Origin: Octopus bimaculoides | Lineage: Eukaryota | Direction: 5' to 3' | Length of the DNA stretch: 64,000 bases | Assembly: GCF_001194135.2 (NCBI RefSeq) | Contig: NC_068982.1 | Coordinates: 84,024,037 to 84,088,036 of the forward strand | Part shown: positions 34,400 to 47,885 of the stretch, piece by piece | Layout: each line of letters starts with the position of its first letter | Numbering within the stretch: position 1 is the first letter of the stretch | Notes under the pieces: model-generated | What the model saw: only the letters and a program-made list of their open reading frames with translations | Databases searched by the model: none | What the model was told of the DNA's origin: nothing | Program-made: the position numbers and the translations under genes

Positions 34400-37300
34400 T
34401 CACGCTTTCTAGTTTCTCATGTTGTATGAGTGTAGATGCTGTTGACATTCTTTCAATTGCTCAAGATTATCCAGTTTTGCACCGTGGGCTTCTTCTTCTT
34501 CAAGGTTGATAACACTGGTTCCTATCTCAACTGCCAGTGTTTCTATTTTGAAATCATCCACAGGATCCTGGTTGCACAATGATGTATCAAGCTCAGTTGA
34601 TGTAACAGAAAATTGCACATTTACCCACCAGAGCCAGATGTTTTGACAAAATCATTTCCGCCTTGCAGCTTGATAAGCATATATGGGCGTACTATGGATT
34701 GCATTCAAATAACTCAACCTCTTCTACTGCTAGGTTGAATTTTGAAAACTGCAACTTTTTCTTCAGTAGCACAGGTCCACCTTTCACCAGCCATTCTGGT
34801 AGTGAGGTCCCAGAAGTTGAGCGGCAGTAAAAACTGAAGAGCTTCTTGTGAGGCATGATGTTAGAGACCATACAGAGGAAGGAGCGAATAGAATGCAGAG
34901 CATCAAGGAATACATGCTGCCAGTGACTCGCACTCAATCCCTTAGACTTCAATGCCAAAGTAATGGTTTTCCATAAGGTTGATTGAGCCTTTAGACCTGA
35001 CCATTCCCCACTGGATTGTATGGGGTCATCCTACTGGTTACTATGCCTTTATCATGAAGGAATTGTCTCAGTTCAGCTGACATGAAGGTAGTCCAAAAAT
35101 CAAAAATAGCTGGCAGAAACAATGAATGACAGTAGCAGCTGATATATCTGAACATGCAAACTCAACTGAGTATGTGTAACTTATGGATTGAGCTTCTGCC
35201 GTTTCCAGCATCTGTGCTTGGATGAAGGCCCAATTGAAGTCTATGTTATCCTGTTCCAATAACCGTTGGCTTATGTTACTGGAATGCATACCACTGATGA
35301 AGGCATCTCTTATAGCTTCATTGAGATGTTCAGCAGCTAAAACAGCTTTGTAACACAAACAGAAAGTGAAAAAATTCATCGATAATTGTGAGTAGATATT
35401 TGTTGTGATTAGTGGATGGGATTGGATCCTTGAAATCTACACTTAGTCTCTCAAATGGTTGAGTGGCCTTCACGAGTTTAGCTGTTGATGGCACAATAAA
35501 TCTAGGCTTTAGTTCAGCGCATGTGGGGCATTGAGACATCACAGATTTTACATCATGCATGGAAAATGGTAGATTCTCTGAGCACACAAAATGGAGCAAT
35601 CATGTCACACCTAGATGGCACAAGGAATCATGGAGCTGTATAAGGTCCAAGCGGATAGAAGGTGTGTAATAACCCGAAGAAAATACATCTGCAGCCTTGT
35701 TCTTCTTACCTGGCTGATAAACAACATCATATTTGAAACAAGATAGCTCAATCCTCTATTGTAGTATTTTGTTGTTCTTGACTTTACCTTTGTGCTCATT
35801 GTCAAACACAAAAGCCACAGACCGTTGGTCAGTCACTAACTGAAAATGAATGCCAATAAAGTAGTGTTTCCATTTATGAAGAGCTTCAATGATGGCATAG
35901 GCTTCTTTTTTGACCGAGGAATGGTTCCTTTCACTGCAAGTAAGCATTCTGGAGAAGAAGACTACGGGTCCTCCATTCTAGTTCAAGGTGGCAGCAATAG
36001 GAATATCTGAAGCATCTGTCTCCACAACCAAGGGTACTTAGTGATCAATGGTGACCAAAGCAGTGCCTTTGAGGTCTGACTTGAAGTTTCAGAATGACTG
36101 TTTGACAACATCAGAAAAGGGTAAGTCTTATTTTGTACCAAGGGTGCAATTTTGTCTGACAAATGGGAGATCCAGTGAGAATAATAAGTAAAGATCCTGA
36201 TGATCCTCTCTTGTGTTTTGGCATCTTGAGAAGATGGGAGCTCACATAAGCAGTGTAATCATTCTGGATCTAGTCTGATTACCCCTTTGGACACTTTGTA
36301 TCCCAGGAGCATGATTGTCTGGGCAGCAACAACTGTTTTCTTATCATTGAAGGGGAGCCTGTATGTCTTTGTGACGTGTAGGAATCTTTCACAGTTCCCA
36401 CCATGTTCTCTTTTGTTGTACCCGCATATTGTGACATTGTATCCTCGAGTTTTGTTTGTTTGATAAGATTATCAATGATACATTGCAAACAAGTTATACC
36501 ATTAGCAAATCCGAATGGTATACAACAAAACTGATACATGCTTTGAATGCTGTAAAATTTTCTCGTCTTCATGTATAGGAATCTGATGATAAGCACTTAT
36601 CTTGTAACTAGATATTTTCCAAACCAGTTCATCAATGCATGGTACAGGGTAAGTGTCAAGTTATGTGTATCAATTGTCTGCCTATAATAGATTACCATTC
36701 GTCTTTTGTGTGATTCATCACTGGATTAAAACTCTATGGAGAACAAGATGGTTCAATGATTTGTTCTGATAAAATGACTGACCTTACCTTCCACAAATTT
36801 CTGATCTGATAATGACAGATGCCTGAATTTAGTAGCAATGGGTTTGCAATGTGGTGAAAGCGACCCAAATAATGTATGTAAATAGTGTGAAACTCAACAC
36901 TCTGGTTTATACTGGAAGCTCTGATAGTTACATATCATCTCATACTGTACACTTACATGGTTGGCGCAGCCATCCATCAAACTTTCCTTTACTACCTTGT
37001 CAAGTGTAGGAGTGTCAATGTGAGCCGTGGTCAAGCCGCAAAGTGAAAATAGAGGTCTGGGAGCCCTGAAAGCTATGTTTATATGTTCATGCAGTATCAA
37101 AAAATTGTGTCCAAGTAAAACATCTGAGTAAAGCTCGGGCAAAAATGAAAGCTTTACATTGGAGTACTCATTGTCATAATAGACCAATTTGGCAAAACAG
37201 TGACTTCATGTAACACTTGACAAGGTAGTAAAGGAGTGTTTGATGGATGGCTATGCCAACCATGTGAGTATACAATATGAGATGATATGTAACTATCAGA

Positions 37301-37600
37301 GCTTCCAGTATTGACCAGAGTGCTGAGTTTTACACTATTTACGTACACTTTAACAATGGCAGAAGACAATGATACCAGAAGAGCTCCCGAGAATATGACA
37401 GGCAATGTAGGATTTGTGTATGAAACGAAGTGTTTGTTTGTGTGAGATGATTGACATACCTGCTGGAAATGACTGATTTTGTAACAGGTTTTACATGTCA
37501 CTTCCCAAGCTGGGCACTTGGAATGTGTGTTTGTCATAACCACAGAAAAAACATTTAGGTGTGGCGGACACTAATTGGTATCATGTACATTTTCATGTCA
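34400..37600 (-). mobile_element. Gypsy LTR retrotransposon internal region (gag zinc knuckle, protease, RT, RNase H, integrase), degraded, no LTRs recognised
   Basis: KCFFCGYDKHTHSKCPAWEVTCKTCYKISHFQQVC; VNTGSSDSYIS; IPFGFANG; EKEA-like VKKEAYAIIEALHKW..TDQRSV; CPTCAELKP..FERLSVDFK; HWQHVFLDALHSIRS. Confidence 0.92.
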
Positions 37601-38559
37601 ATGACCTCGAACCCACAAGAGTAAACAAAAGAGACAGAGACAGGTAGAAACAAGGAAAATGCCCCTTGTATTTGAATACTATGCAAATATTCTTTTCAAA
37701 AACTTTTCTTTTAATTTTTCCAAAATTTAATTGTTTTCCATACTTACAGTTGAAAAAGTCTCAATGACTGAAACCGGTACTGAAATGTTTTTTTATAAAA
37801 TTATTTTAGCCTTTTCTATCTTGACTTTTTTTTTCCATATTTATCAACGTATGTTCCTTTTCAACTTTCTACACACACACACACACACACACATATATAT
37901 TCTCATTCACATAACATTTATATATGTTATGTAAAAGATATCTTGAAAACAAAAGTGTTTAATATTTAATTTCATATATATAGTTGTGTGTGTGTGTGCG
38001 TGTGTGTGTGTGTGTGTGTGTGCATGTGTGTAATTAAGAAACTAAATACAATTTATGATAAAAATTTGAAATTCTATTTTGATTAAAATACCAGCTTCTT
38101 CAGAGCAAAACCTTTGAATGTTATTCACTTGTTTATCACTTCTGACTGTCACTCACTCCTACTCCATTTGTTGTTTTACTCTTCCTTCCCTAGCATGACC
38201 AATGAGATACACATTGTGTTTTATTATATGTAAGATTTTTATTATTACTGATGTTATCATCATCATCATCAACATTATTATTTAGTCCAAAGTGCCTTAA
38301 CACCACCTATATGTTCAAGACCATTTACTATCAAGTCCATTCACTAATCAAAATCTTAACCACACCATAACATTAATTTCTTCTTCATCCTCACCACCAA
38401 ATTCTTCGCTACTCTGTCCTTTTCCTTACATTTTGTATGCAAACACACAGATACAACCATCCCATTTCCTTTCTATACTACGCACTGGTACATCTTCATT
38501 TCTTCCCCTTCCCATCGACCTCATATAATAAATATATAAATAAATGAGAAAATGGCCAA

Positions 38560-38860
38560 TCTCAAAAAGATGAGCTTTACAAAGGAGATGACAGATAACC
38601 AAGATACATGGTGCATTGCTGTACTCAAGAAGACCCATCTACCACAACAGAATTGAGATCCGAAAACCAAGGTGCATGTAAAAAGCATTGGATGTATGTT
38701 GGTGCCACATAAAAAGCACCCAGTACACGCTGTAAAATAGCTGGCATTAAGAAGGGCATCTAGCTGTAGAAACCAAGCCAAAACAGACTATGGAACCTGG
38801 TGCAGCCCCTGGTCTCACCAGTTCCTGTCAAGCCCTCCAACCCATGCCAGCATGGAAGAC
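38560..38860 (+). mobile_element. RTE 3' UTR fragment (family D)
   Basis: catggtgcattgctgtactcaagaagaccc..ggcattaagaagggcatctagctgtagaaacc..caacccatgccagcatggaa. Confidence 0.8.
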
Positions 38861-38999
38861 GTTTGTGAGAAAGTGTTCAGTCTTGCTGAAACACATATGG
38901 CCTTCTACTGCACACATCCATGTATAACACAACAATTGTCTCTAGCACCTCAATGCATCCAGCAGCATTAATTCTAAGACCCTATAGAAAGATGTGAGG

Positions 39000-41590
39000 A
39001 GGCACCACTCTGGGGACATCAGATGGATCCTCACATTTCTTTTATTAGTCTCAGCTCAATAACTCGAGAGCTACTGCCATGCTGGGGCACCACCATTAGC
39101 TTTGCTACACTTTCAGTACTTGAAATCTACTTTGATATGTGGCATTGGGAGAATGAGGGAGATTGACATTACTGCCCTCATTTGTGCTTCCTGCCACGAG
39201 GTGAGTTCATCTGGAACTCTTGACAGGAAATCTAGTTCTGTTTTGAAGACATCTACATCCACCCCATGCAAGTCTCTCAGGCTTTTTGGGAGGATATTGA
39301 AGAGTTGTAGGCCCTTGAAACCCAAGCAGTTGCAGTATCTGGTCCTGTATCCTAATGGCAATGTTGGGATCTCTGGCACAATGCAATTGCACCCACTTCT
39401 GCTGTTCGTGTAACTTTCAATGCCAAAGTTTGGTATGAGTAGTTCTAGTACTACATATCTTCCCCGCCTTTGTCAAAGGGAGTAGAATGTGTTGTCAGCT
39501 CTCCCAGCAGCTAACACTGAGACGATCTTCTTTGCATAACTTCACTGGATTGCTTCAGATCCCATCATTAATTTTACACTGTGTGGTGACCATAGTTGGG
39601 AGCAGTAGTCTAAATGGCTGAGGACAAACTTCCTCCAGAGGACCATCATTGTTTCCTTTTCTCTCATTCTAAAAGTTCAAAAGATCCATCCAGCTAGTTG
39701 CCTGCATTCTATTACTAACTTAGTAATATGCATCTGGAAAGAGGCATTACTTATGTCAATGCACATATTGTGCACTGACTTTGATTCAGGGATTGCAATC
39801 CCTCTTGGGCCAGTGTAACTTGTCTGCATTTCATTCAGCTTCATTTGCTGGTAACACAGTGCTTGGAATTTTCCAGCATTAAACTGCATGTTATTCTCTA
39901 GCCAACTTGTATATTGCATCCAACTCCTGTTGTAGGTGCACAACATCTCCAGGGTTTTGTTTCCTCTGAGAGACTTTTGCATCATCTGCATAGCTAGCAA
40001 GTGTGGCTATCTGAGCAGCTGAGGTCCACTATGAGTAGCAGTGGCCCCAAGATAGTGCCCAGTGGGACACCACTCATTATTTGCATTTCCTTGGAAGTAT
40101 CCCCATTGGTTACTACTATTACAACCTGATTTCTATCGTTTTAGAAAGACATTTAACCATTCTCCAAGTTTTCCAACTATGCCAAGATTACGCAGCTTGT
40201 GACATATACCACAGTCGACTTTATCAAAGTAGTAAGCCTGGGAGCTTAACACTTGCAGGGAAGCTCTGTAAAAGAAGCTGCAGTGGTTTTGAAAGGGCTC
40301 ATTTCCACGATTTGAGAAGGATTGCTGGGAATCCATCAGGATCAGCAGCTGAGTTAGCATCTCCTTCATCTATGGCCAGTATTACATCTTCTTCCCGTGA
40401 GGGAACCATCTTTTTGATGGAGTGGTCTTAGTCTGCAACACATGGAGACAGTTTCTTTAGCATATTTAAAGAAGGCTTTCAGGTTTGATTTTTTATTTTC
40501 TATAACCCAGGCTTCTTTGTCTATTCTGTCCTTTTCATGAGAGCATTTCAGATTATTCTCAATCTCTAACAGTGTTGTTTGTAGGCAGGATTTTTCACTG
40601 CCATTAAGTTCTGTTTAGGCACTTTGCAATCTTTGTACACCATCTCATAAAAACTTTCCTCACCCTGAGAATTTTGTCCTTTCTCACTGGGACAAACTCA
40701 AAGCATATGGCTTGCATTACAAGCATGAATTCTTTGAATTTCATGTTGATATCAGGTGCAGAGAGACATTGACACAATCCTGTTTAATAATCCTTTTCTC
40801 AATTGATTTCCAGTCTGCTTTATGGAAGTTCAGATTGGATAAATTTCAGGTGCTTCTCATAGGCTACACATCAGCAAATTCCTTTGGTCCATACATGGTC
40901 AGCTCTATTATATTGTGATCCAAAACTAACTTCGGTGTCACTTTCATATCATGGATGAAATCCATATTGCTTGTGAAGCAGAGATGAAGTATATGGTTTA
41001 TCCTGGTTGGTTGGAGTATTATTTGTTCCATGTATAACTTGTTGGTAAGGTTGGGCAAGTTGAAGTCTCCCATGAGAAATACAGTGATGGGATTTCCATT
41101 TTTGAAAGACATTCTTCAAATAGGCCTGTGTGATTTGGAGCAACTGGTGGGTAGTAAGTAGTACATATAACAATATCAAGTTGTCTTTTATGTACAATTA
41201 GTGTCACACACCAAGTTTGAGCATGACAAAAGGACCTGGGGCATAAGGTCTTCATGGATGCACATTGCAACTCTACTATGATTCCTATCTTTTCTGTCAG
41301 CTTGCAATATAACATACTATGGTATGTGCATTTCTGTATTTGTGATGTTGGTGCCTTTCAGTGAATGCTATGCATAAGGCTTGATTACATACCACAAGGT
41401 CTCTCAGGAAGGGCATTTTGGTTCTGTTACTGAGTTATAACAGTCCTCTAAATGTATCGATGTGACAATTATACTAATGTCAGTTATAACCACTGTGGAT
41501 CCATTGGCTGTGGTTTTATGTTGGTGGGTATGGTGCAGATTTTCAAATTGATAAAACCAGGGCAGTTGGTGTACACTCTTTTGTGCCATA
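39000..41590 (-). mobile_element. CR1/L2-group LINE ORF2 remnant (APE + RT + C-terminus)
   Basis: FLMGDFNLP, QPTRINHILHLCFTS..DHNII (APE); HKLRNLGIVGKLGEWL; QFNAGKFQAL; QLFNILPKSLRDL..FKTELD.FLSRVPDE; many stops. Confidence 0.85.
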
Positions 41591-41700
41591 TATAAAGAAA
41601 AATTATTATATATATATGTGAATGCATATATATTTTTGGAATAGCATGTGTATATATATATATATATATTTGAAGGTTTGGAGGTGATGTACAGAAATTA

Positions 41701-41941
41701 TATAGAAAAAAATTTTTAATTAAGGTACTCAGAAACCTGGATGTTTGTACATTTACAGATTTTTATTAATGTCACATATTAAATGAAGCGCTTTTCACCT
41801 TGTCATGTAGGTTTTTCAAATTGTTGAAAAACCTACATGACTAGGTGAAAAACGCTTCATTTAATATGTGACATTAATAAAAATCTGTAAATGTACAAAC
41901 ATCCAGGTTTCTGAGTACCTTAATTAAATTTTTTTTCTATA
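41701..41941. repeat. Near-perfect palindrome, ~119-bp arms, 4-nt loop
   Basis: Arms 41701-41819 and 41824-41941 are reverse complements apart from 2 substitutions and small homopolymer-length differences; loop attg; (TA)n nearby on both sides. Confidence 0.95.
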
Positions 41942-41956
41942 TATATATATATATAC

Positions 41957-42785
41957 ATGCTATTCCGAAAATCTGCCAAGGACTGTCAGAATAGCACGCC
42001 CACATAAGTTGGATTCTTTCCACTTGTCGCTTGAAGATCAACCTTGTTCAGGGCAACTGTCAACCTCCTAAACAAATGAAATCATCACGAAAATTCATGA
42101 TGTGATCTTGGAGGACCGTCGCCAAACAATTGACAGATTTGATGATATGACTGGTGTGTCCTGGATCTCCTGCCAATGAATTTTGAGTGAAGAATTGCAA
42201 ATGAAAAGCGTTGCAGTAAAATTTGTGCCTCACTTGCTCATGGAAGATCAAAAGCAGTTACAACTGAATGTATGTCATGAACTGAAAGAACAGTTGGAAG
42301 TTGATCCAGACATTTTTTCACTGGTGACAAAAGCTGGTGTTACAGCTACAACCTGGAAATCAAGCAACAATCAAGTCAATGGAAGCATTCAATGTCACCA
42401 TGCCCTAAAAAAGCACATCAAGTGAAGTCCAACGTCAAGACAATGCTGATTTGCTTCATCGATGCAAAAAGAATTGTCCACACAGAATTTGTCCCTTCTG
42501 GCCAAACTTTTAACGAGACATTTTACTTGGCAGTTCTGAAGCATTTATGAGACACAGTGAGATGAAAACGCCCTGACCTGTGGCAAAATAACAGCTTCCA
42601 AATCTGTTTCATCATGGTGGTTTCATCATGACAATGTGCCTGAACATACTGCCTTGAGTGTGAAACAGTTTGTGACCAAAAATGGCATGACTCTGCTTTT
42701 GAAGACGGTAAAAGTATAAACATGTAAAACTCAGTGAATAAAATAATATTGCACAATTCCAGTTTCTTTTGGATACCCCCTTGTA
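41957..42785 (+). mobile_element. Mariner transposase remnant with one terminal repeat
   Basis: EDQPCSGQ..KIHDVILEDR, EELQMKSVAVKFVPHLL, MLICFIDAKRIVHTEFVP; ends ttccagtttcttttggatacccccttgta (mariner-type TIR + TA). Confidence 0.85.
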
Positions 42786-43346
42786 TTATGTAATTTTCCA
42801 CACTGAATCTTAGGGGCCAATTGACTTTTTCCAGAAAAATTTTTTTTAAAATGTTACAGAGGTTTAAAGTTTGATAATTTATACCCAGTCAGAAAACAGG
42901 ATTTTGAAGCTGTTATTTTGTGCATGACTGCACATGCTGTCAATAGTAACCAAATGAAATATTGGCAGAACTCTGCTTTATGTATGCCATATAACCTGTC
43001 ATAACTTCTTTATTTATTGGAATTTTCAGGAAATTTTTGTGAATTGGTATTCTACACACAGGAATTCATACAATTATACATAAACCAAAAAAGAGTTTTG
43101 GTTTGTGATTTAAGGCTTATTTAGCTTTTAATTTTAGCACAACCAGCTGTTTTAAACATTTAATAATTAAAAAATGATCACATGGGTAAGAAGCTCCATA
43201 ACAGCTTGGCTTGTTACTATGGAAACAAACAGCTATATGTCAGTGGCTTTCGATTGGCTAAAATTACCCAAAATTTGCAAGCTTTAAATGCTATTAATTC
43301 TTTATTTGTTGATTTATGGCAAAAATAAATTTCCTGTCGATTATTA

Positions 43347-45324
43347 CACTGGGCAGCAAAAAACTATTTTTTGTCTGGTGCCTGGAATATTCCAACAAAT
43401 TCTTGAGTTATTTTGCCAGCTAAATTCAAAAATAACTTCAGTTTTTCTCTATCAGGTCTAGTCAGAAAACTAGACCTGATACAGTATTTTACTCATACAA
43501 GAGGCATATAAAATGAATCAATAAAGAGAGCGTAATACAAAACAAAATGAAGTACAAATAAAAATTCAAAATTGAAAATGCACATTGGCAAATATTTTTG
43601 GCAGAAAATTCAAAGAATGAATTTGCGCTTCTTTGTGCACCGTGAATGTTAAGCAACAGGAATATCTCATTTTAAACACCAGCAATAGTCTGCCATCATC
43701 ACAGCATCCCAACGTCCTTGGTACCAAGTTTCCATCTCCTTGATGTCCTGATGGAATCATTTGCCTTGTTCATCACTAACATCTCTGAGATTTTCAGGAA
43801 AACGATCAAGATAAAAAGATAATGCATTTTGATGCTCATATTTGCGCCAATATCACAAAAAGTTGATAACAAGGTCTTTATAGTTTTCACTTTTGTTGTT
43901 TCCCAAAGAAATTTTGTACTACTGCAAAGGCTAGCCAAGCTGATGCTTCATTTTCGCTCATTGTTTTCACAAAATTTGTGTCCTTCAAGAACTTACGGAT
44001 CTGTGGTCCATAAAAAGTCCCTGCTTTTCAATCATCAAGTCTGGAAATACACTACAGATATACTTGTAGCACTCCCCATTTTTGTCAAGAGCTTTGATGA
44101 ATTGCTTGATCAATCCGAGTTTGATGTGCAAAGCGGGGAAATGATCTTATTTCACTCAACTAAAGGCTCTTCCAATATATTGGCAGCTCTACATGGAGCC
44201 ATATTTGTTTGAGGCAGTTAGGCTTTCTAAACATAGTGGTTTATTCGGTCTCTACTGTCCCACACGCAAAGAAAGCATGGGTATTTGGTATAACCAGATT
44301 GCTGTCCCATGAGAAAATTCACTACCTTTAAGTCAACACAGATGACCCGTTTGTGATCATGATACAGTATCTTCTCTAAAACCAACTTAATTTATACATA
44401 TTTTTCCTTCAGAGTTGTTGCGTGGCCAAGTGGGACAGAGCTATACACATTTCCATTGGGCAACAATACACATTTTAAATTACACTTAGAGCTGTCTATG
44501 AAAAGACACCATTCCTCTGATTTATATTCCTCAATGCCAAGTTTATTAAAAAGCCCACTGACATCTCTGCAGTAAACCGGCTCTTCCTCTTTTGTGAAGA
44601 AAAAATAGAACTCTTCATACTGACTCCGATAAAAGGTTATACGGACACCATTCTCTAGAAGATTCTTCTCTTTTAGTTGGGAAGCAGAATTGTTTGTGAG
44701 GTTCAAGTCATGAACTAGATCATTCAGCTCTACCTGGGATAATAGCTGAGGTAAAGTCTCAACTGAAAAGTCTTGATCTCTAGTGTCATCTTCAGGTGAT
44801 GAATCTTCTTTGGTTGAGGGTAAAGTTATCTGAAGCAAGACATTGAAGACAGGAACAGGAAGCTCTTCACTGTGTGGAAGCAGTAGAGGCAAGATTAGGA
44901 TAGACAAGCGTTTGTCGATTTTTCCAGTTAATACCCTTCAAATTTAGGTTACAAAAATAGCAGTCATCCCCGTGATTATAGAGCTCAATAACTTAAAAAC
45001 TAGATCTGATAAGTCAAAAAGGTTATATTTGAATTCAGGAGACCGATTTCCTAAACACCAAAAATCTTGTAGACTAGTGTTATCATACAAAACTATGTCA
45101 ACACATCAAATATGAAATCAATTACAATTAAAATTGAAGAAATTGGAAAGAGGCAGCCAAACAGAAAAATTTCTTTCTGATTTTAATCACCAAATAATTT
45201 TCAAATGGAAAGGTGATTTAAAGGAGATTTAGTTATTTCTAGCACATCCCAGGACCACCTGGTACCTTCCTCATTTCTTTGTCACTCTGACACGTATTGT
45301 TTTGCAGTATTTTTCTCAGCAGTG
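43347..45324 (-). mobile_element. Chapaev3-like (CMC superfamily) DNA transposon, internally deleted
   Basis: CACTG...CAGTG termini; NHGDDCYFCNLN, PHSEELPVP, SQVELNDLVHDLNL, EWCLFIDSSKCNLKCVLLPNGN; family assignment from recall of Chapaev3 transposase motifs. Confidence 0.72.
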
Positions 45325-45994
45325 GTAAGACATATACACCCCACACCCTTCTGTTTTTTTTTTAATTAATTTCTTTGGATTCCTGTGTTTTTGATATAGG
45401 AGATTATGATTTTGCCAAAAAAAGCACATTTAAAAATTTTTATTTCCCTCTTCCCCATCCCAATTTCTTAATTTTTCACTTTTTTTCAAGTTTTTTTATT
45501 AATCCACACAGAAAAATATAGAGATTATGAAACTGGAAAAAAGTTTTTTCTTAATTTTAATTCTTATTACACAATACCTTATTCTTCCACTCCACCACCT
45601 CACTGTTTCAAAAAGCTAAAAACTCTGTTTCACTTTTGTCTTCTGTGTCATGTAAGCGTAGATTTCTCCTGAAAAACAGCAGATGAAAAAAACCAAACCA
45701 CCACCAGAAAATCCAACATGCTAGAAACAACAGCTAAACTAACCCTATTTTTTTAAAGATAAACAATGTAATCACCAGCAAAAAAAAATTTCTTTTAAGT
45801 GTTTTATATATTTTGTACAATTTCTGAAAAAAGTTTATTTTAAGTTTATATTGAAGATCAGGTTTTTAAATCAGCTCATCATGAACTGTTTATCCGCAAC
45901 CAACTTCTGTGTGAAAGTGTTGTGTGTATATGTGTGCATGTGTGTGAGTGTGCACGCACGCATGTGAGTGCATACACGGAAGTCTTGTATCAAA

Positions 45995-46640
45995 AGAAAT
46001 TAGGATCCACATTTTCCATAATGACCACCTCCAGTGTCTCTTCCTTTCTATCTTGAACATGTGTCTGGTACCCTTTCTTCTGAGGGTTGTCATAGAAACC
46101 AACAACTTAGAATGACTGGGCTATATGTCCAACATCATTTTTTCGCTTAAACATTAAGCTTTCATTGACTTCTATGGCATGATTTACGTCACCCAATTTC
46201 TTTTTGTCTTGCAATTTTTGCAACAATACTCCATTACTCCATACCATTGGATGGTCATTACTTCACTCACATTGTTTGTAGACATTGGGCTGGTTATCGG
46301 CATTTCAAAAATGAATTGAAAATTATATCAAGCATTTTAAACACTGACAGTTGGCTTCTTTCAAGAAAAGTGTTCTTACAGATAGATACCATTGTTTTAC
46401 AATTGCGGTGTCTCCAAATAATGCCATCTACTACATGTTGAGAAGGCATTAGGGACTTTTCATTATGACATGAATATGTCTAATTTTCTGGATTTAATCT
46501 ATTCTCCTTTAGATACTGCAGGAAGTTATCTTTCAATAATTGCTTGGTCATTTCAAAATTTGTCATTTCTGGCATTCTTTCAGCTTTCATTACCAATAAA
46601 GGATTTCACAAAAATTAGTAAGTCAAAAACAAAAACAGTC
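45995..46640 (-). mobile_element. Merlin (IS1595/ISXO2-like) transposase remnant
   Basis: DGIIWRHRNCKTMVSICKNTFLERSQLS, then KLGDVNHAIEVNESLMFKRKNDVG..VVGFYD..VQDRKEETLEVVIMENVDP; first catalytic Asp reads Asn; truncated. Confidence 0.78.
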
Positions 46641-47240
46641 AAAAAGTTACTTGAAAAGAAAAAAAAAGAGAGAAATTATCGACTTGTGTGTTGTTACAAC
46701 TTGGAATTTCTTTTCAATTGTGATAATGAAACAAATGTTTTCCTCACCACTGCCAAAATTAATTTCTCTTCCAAAGAGAGAGAGAGTGACATTATCTCTT
46801 TTTTTCAAGTTTTCATTAGAATGTATGGAGAAAATATGTTGCCACAAAAATGTTAAAACTTTACTACCTTGATCAATCTGTGACTAAACCTAGATTTAAT
46901 TTCATTTTATACACACTTTGCTAACAATTATATAGAGAATTGCAAACATGGTATGTAAAGATAACTTATTTTAACACAATGTTTATGTGTACATTTTCAA
47001 AAATGTTTTTGCTGTGCGCTCAACCCACTCCACCCTATCCCTACACATACACGCATACAGACACAGTTCTTAGGGGATCAACAATCATGGTTGAAGTCTA
47101 AATTTGAGAGTATTGTTCAAAATTTTATTTTGGAATTTAAAAACCTGATCTTCGATTATAAACTTAAAATGAACTTTTTTTCAAAAATTGTAAACAATAT
47201 ATAAAACATATAAAAGAAATTTTTTTGTTGATGATTATGT

Positions 47241-47812
47241 TGTAGGAGTATTATTTCTCTTTGGCAGAACTGTTATCCAGTTATGTACGATTTGGTTGGT
47301 TCAGCCAACTGTTGTACCGCACATAGATACACGCCGTCTGTCACTTAGCCGTGGGAAAGTCTTAGTCAGTCCCAGCCAAGCCTCCAAGAAAGTCAGACGT
47401 AATCTGTCATGTCACTGTCAGAGCTCAACTCCACCATGTGGACAATATCGAAGGAAGAAACACTCTGGAGCTAAATAACTATTTATGGACTCTTCGAACA
47501 TTTATCCTGTTCACATTTTACAATATACAGTAACAGTGTTACATATTATTTATGTTGCATACACCTTCTTTTGGATTTGTGACCCTATAACAAGTAGCTC
47601 AAACTTTTCTTTTGTTTACTTAGGACACTGTTATACCATACCTCTGAATGCTATACCCTGTATGCTGTGAAGCAAACCTTAATCAAATGCTATTATCATT
47701 GCCTCTTATAATAAATTACTATGTTCTGAATGTTGTCTATTATTGCATTACAAGGTATTATACTACCGCTGTTATAAAAAGTCAGATATTATTTTAATGT
47801 CTCTCCAGTACA
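47241..47812 (+). mobile_element. Solo LTR (572 bp, TG...CA) with 4-bp TSD
   Basis: atgt|TGTAGGAG...CCAGTACA|atgt; homologous to 49423-50005. Confidence 0.8.
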
Positions 47813-47885
47813 ATGTTGTTTATCTTTAAAAAAAAGAAAAGGGCAATTTAGTTGTTGTTTCAATCAACTATCATGGCTCAAGTCC

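Noticed and set aside
37741-37790. Strong minus-strand donor (gtaagtatg) as NRBF2 exon 1
   Set aside because: No ATG in frame; a stop lies just upstream in the phase-0 frame
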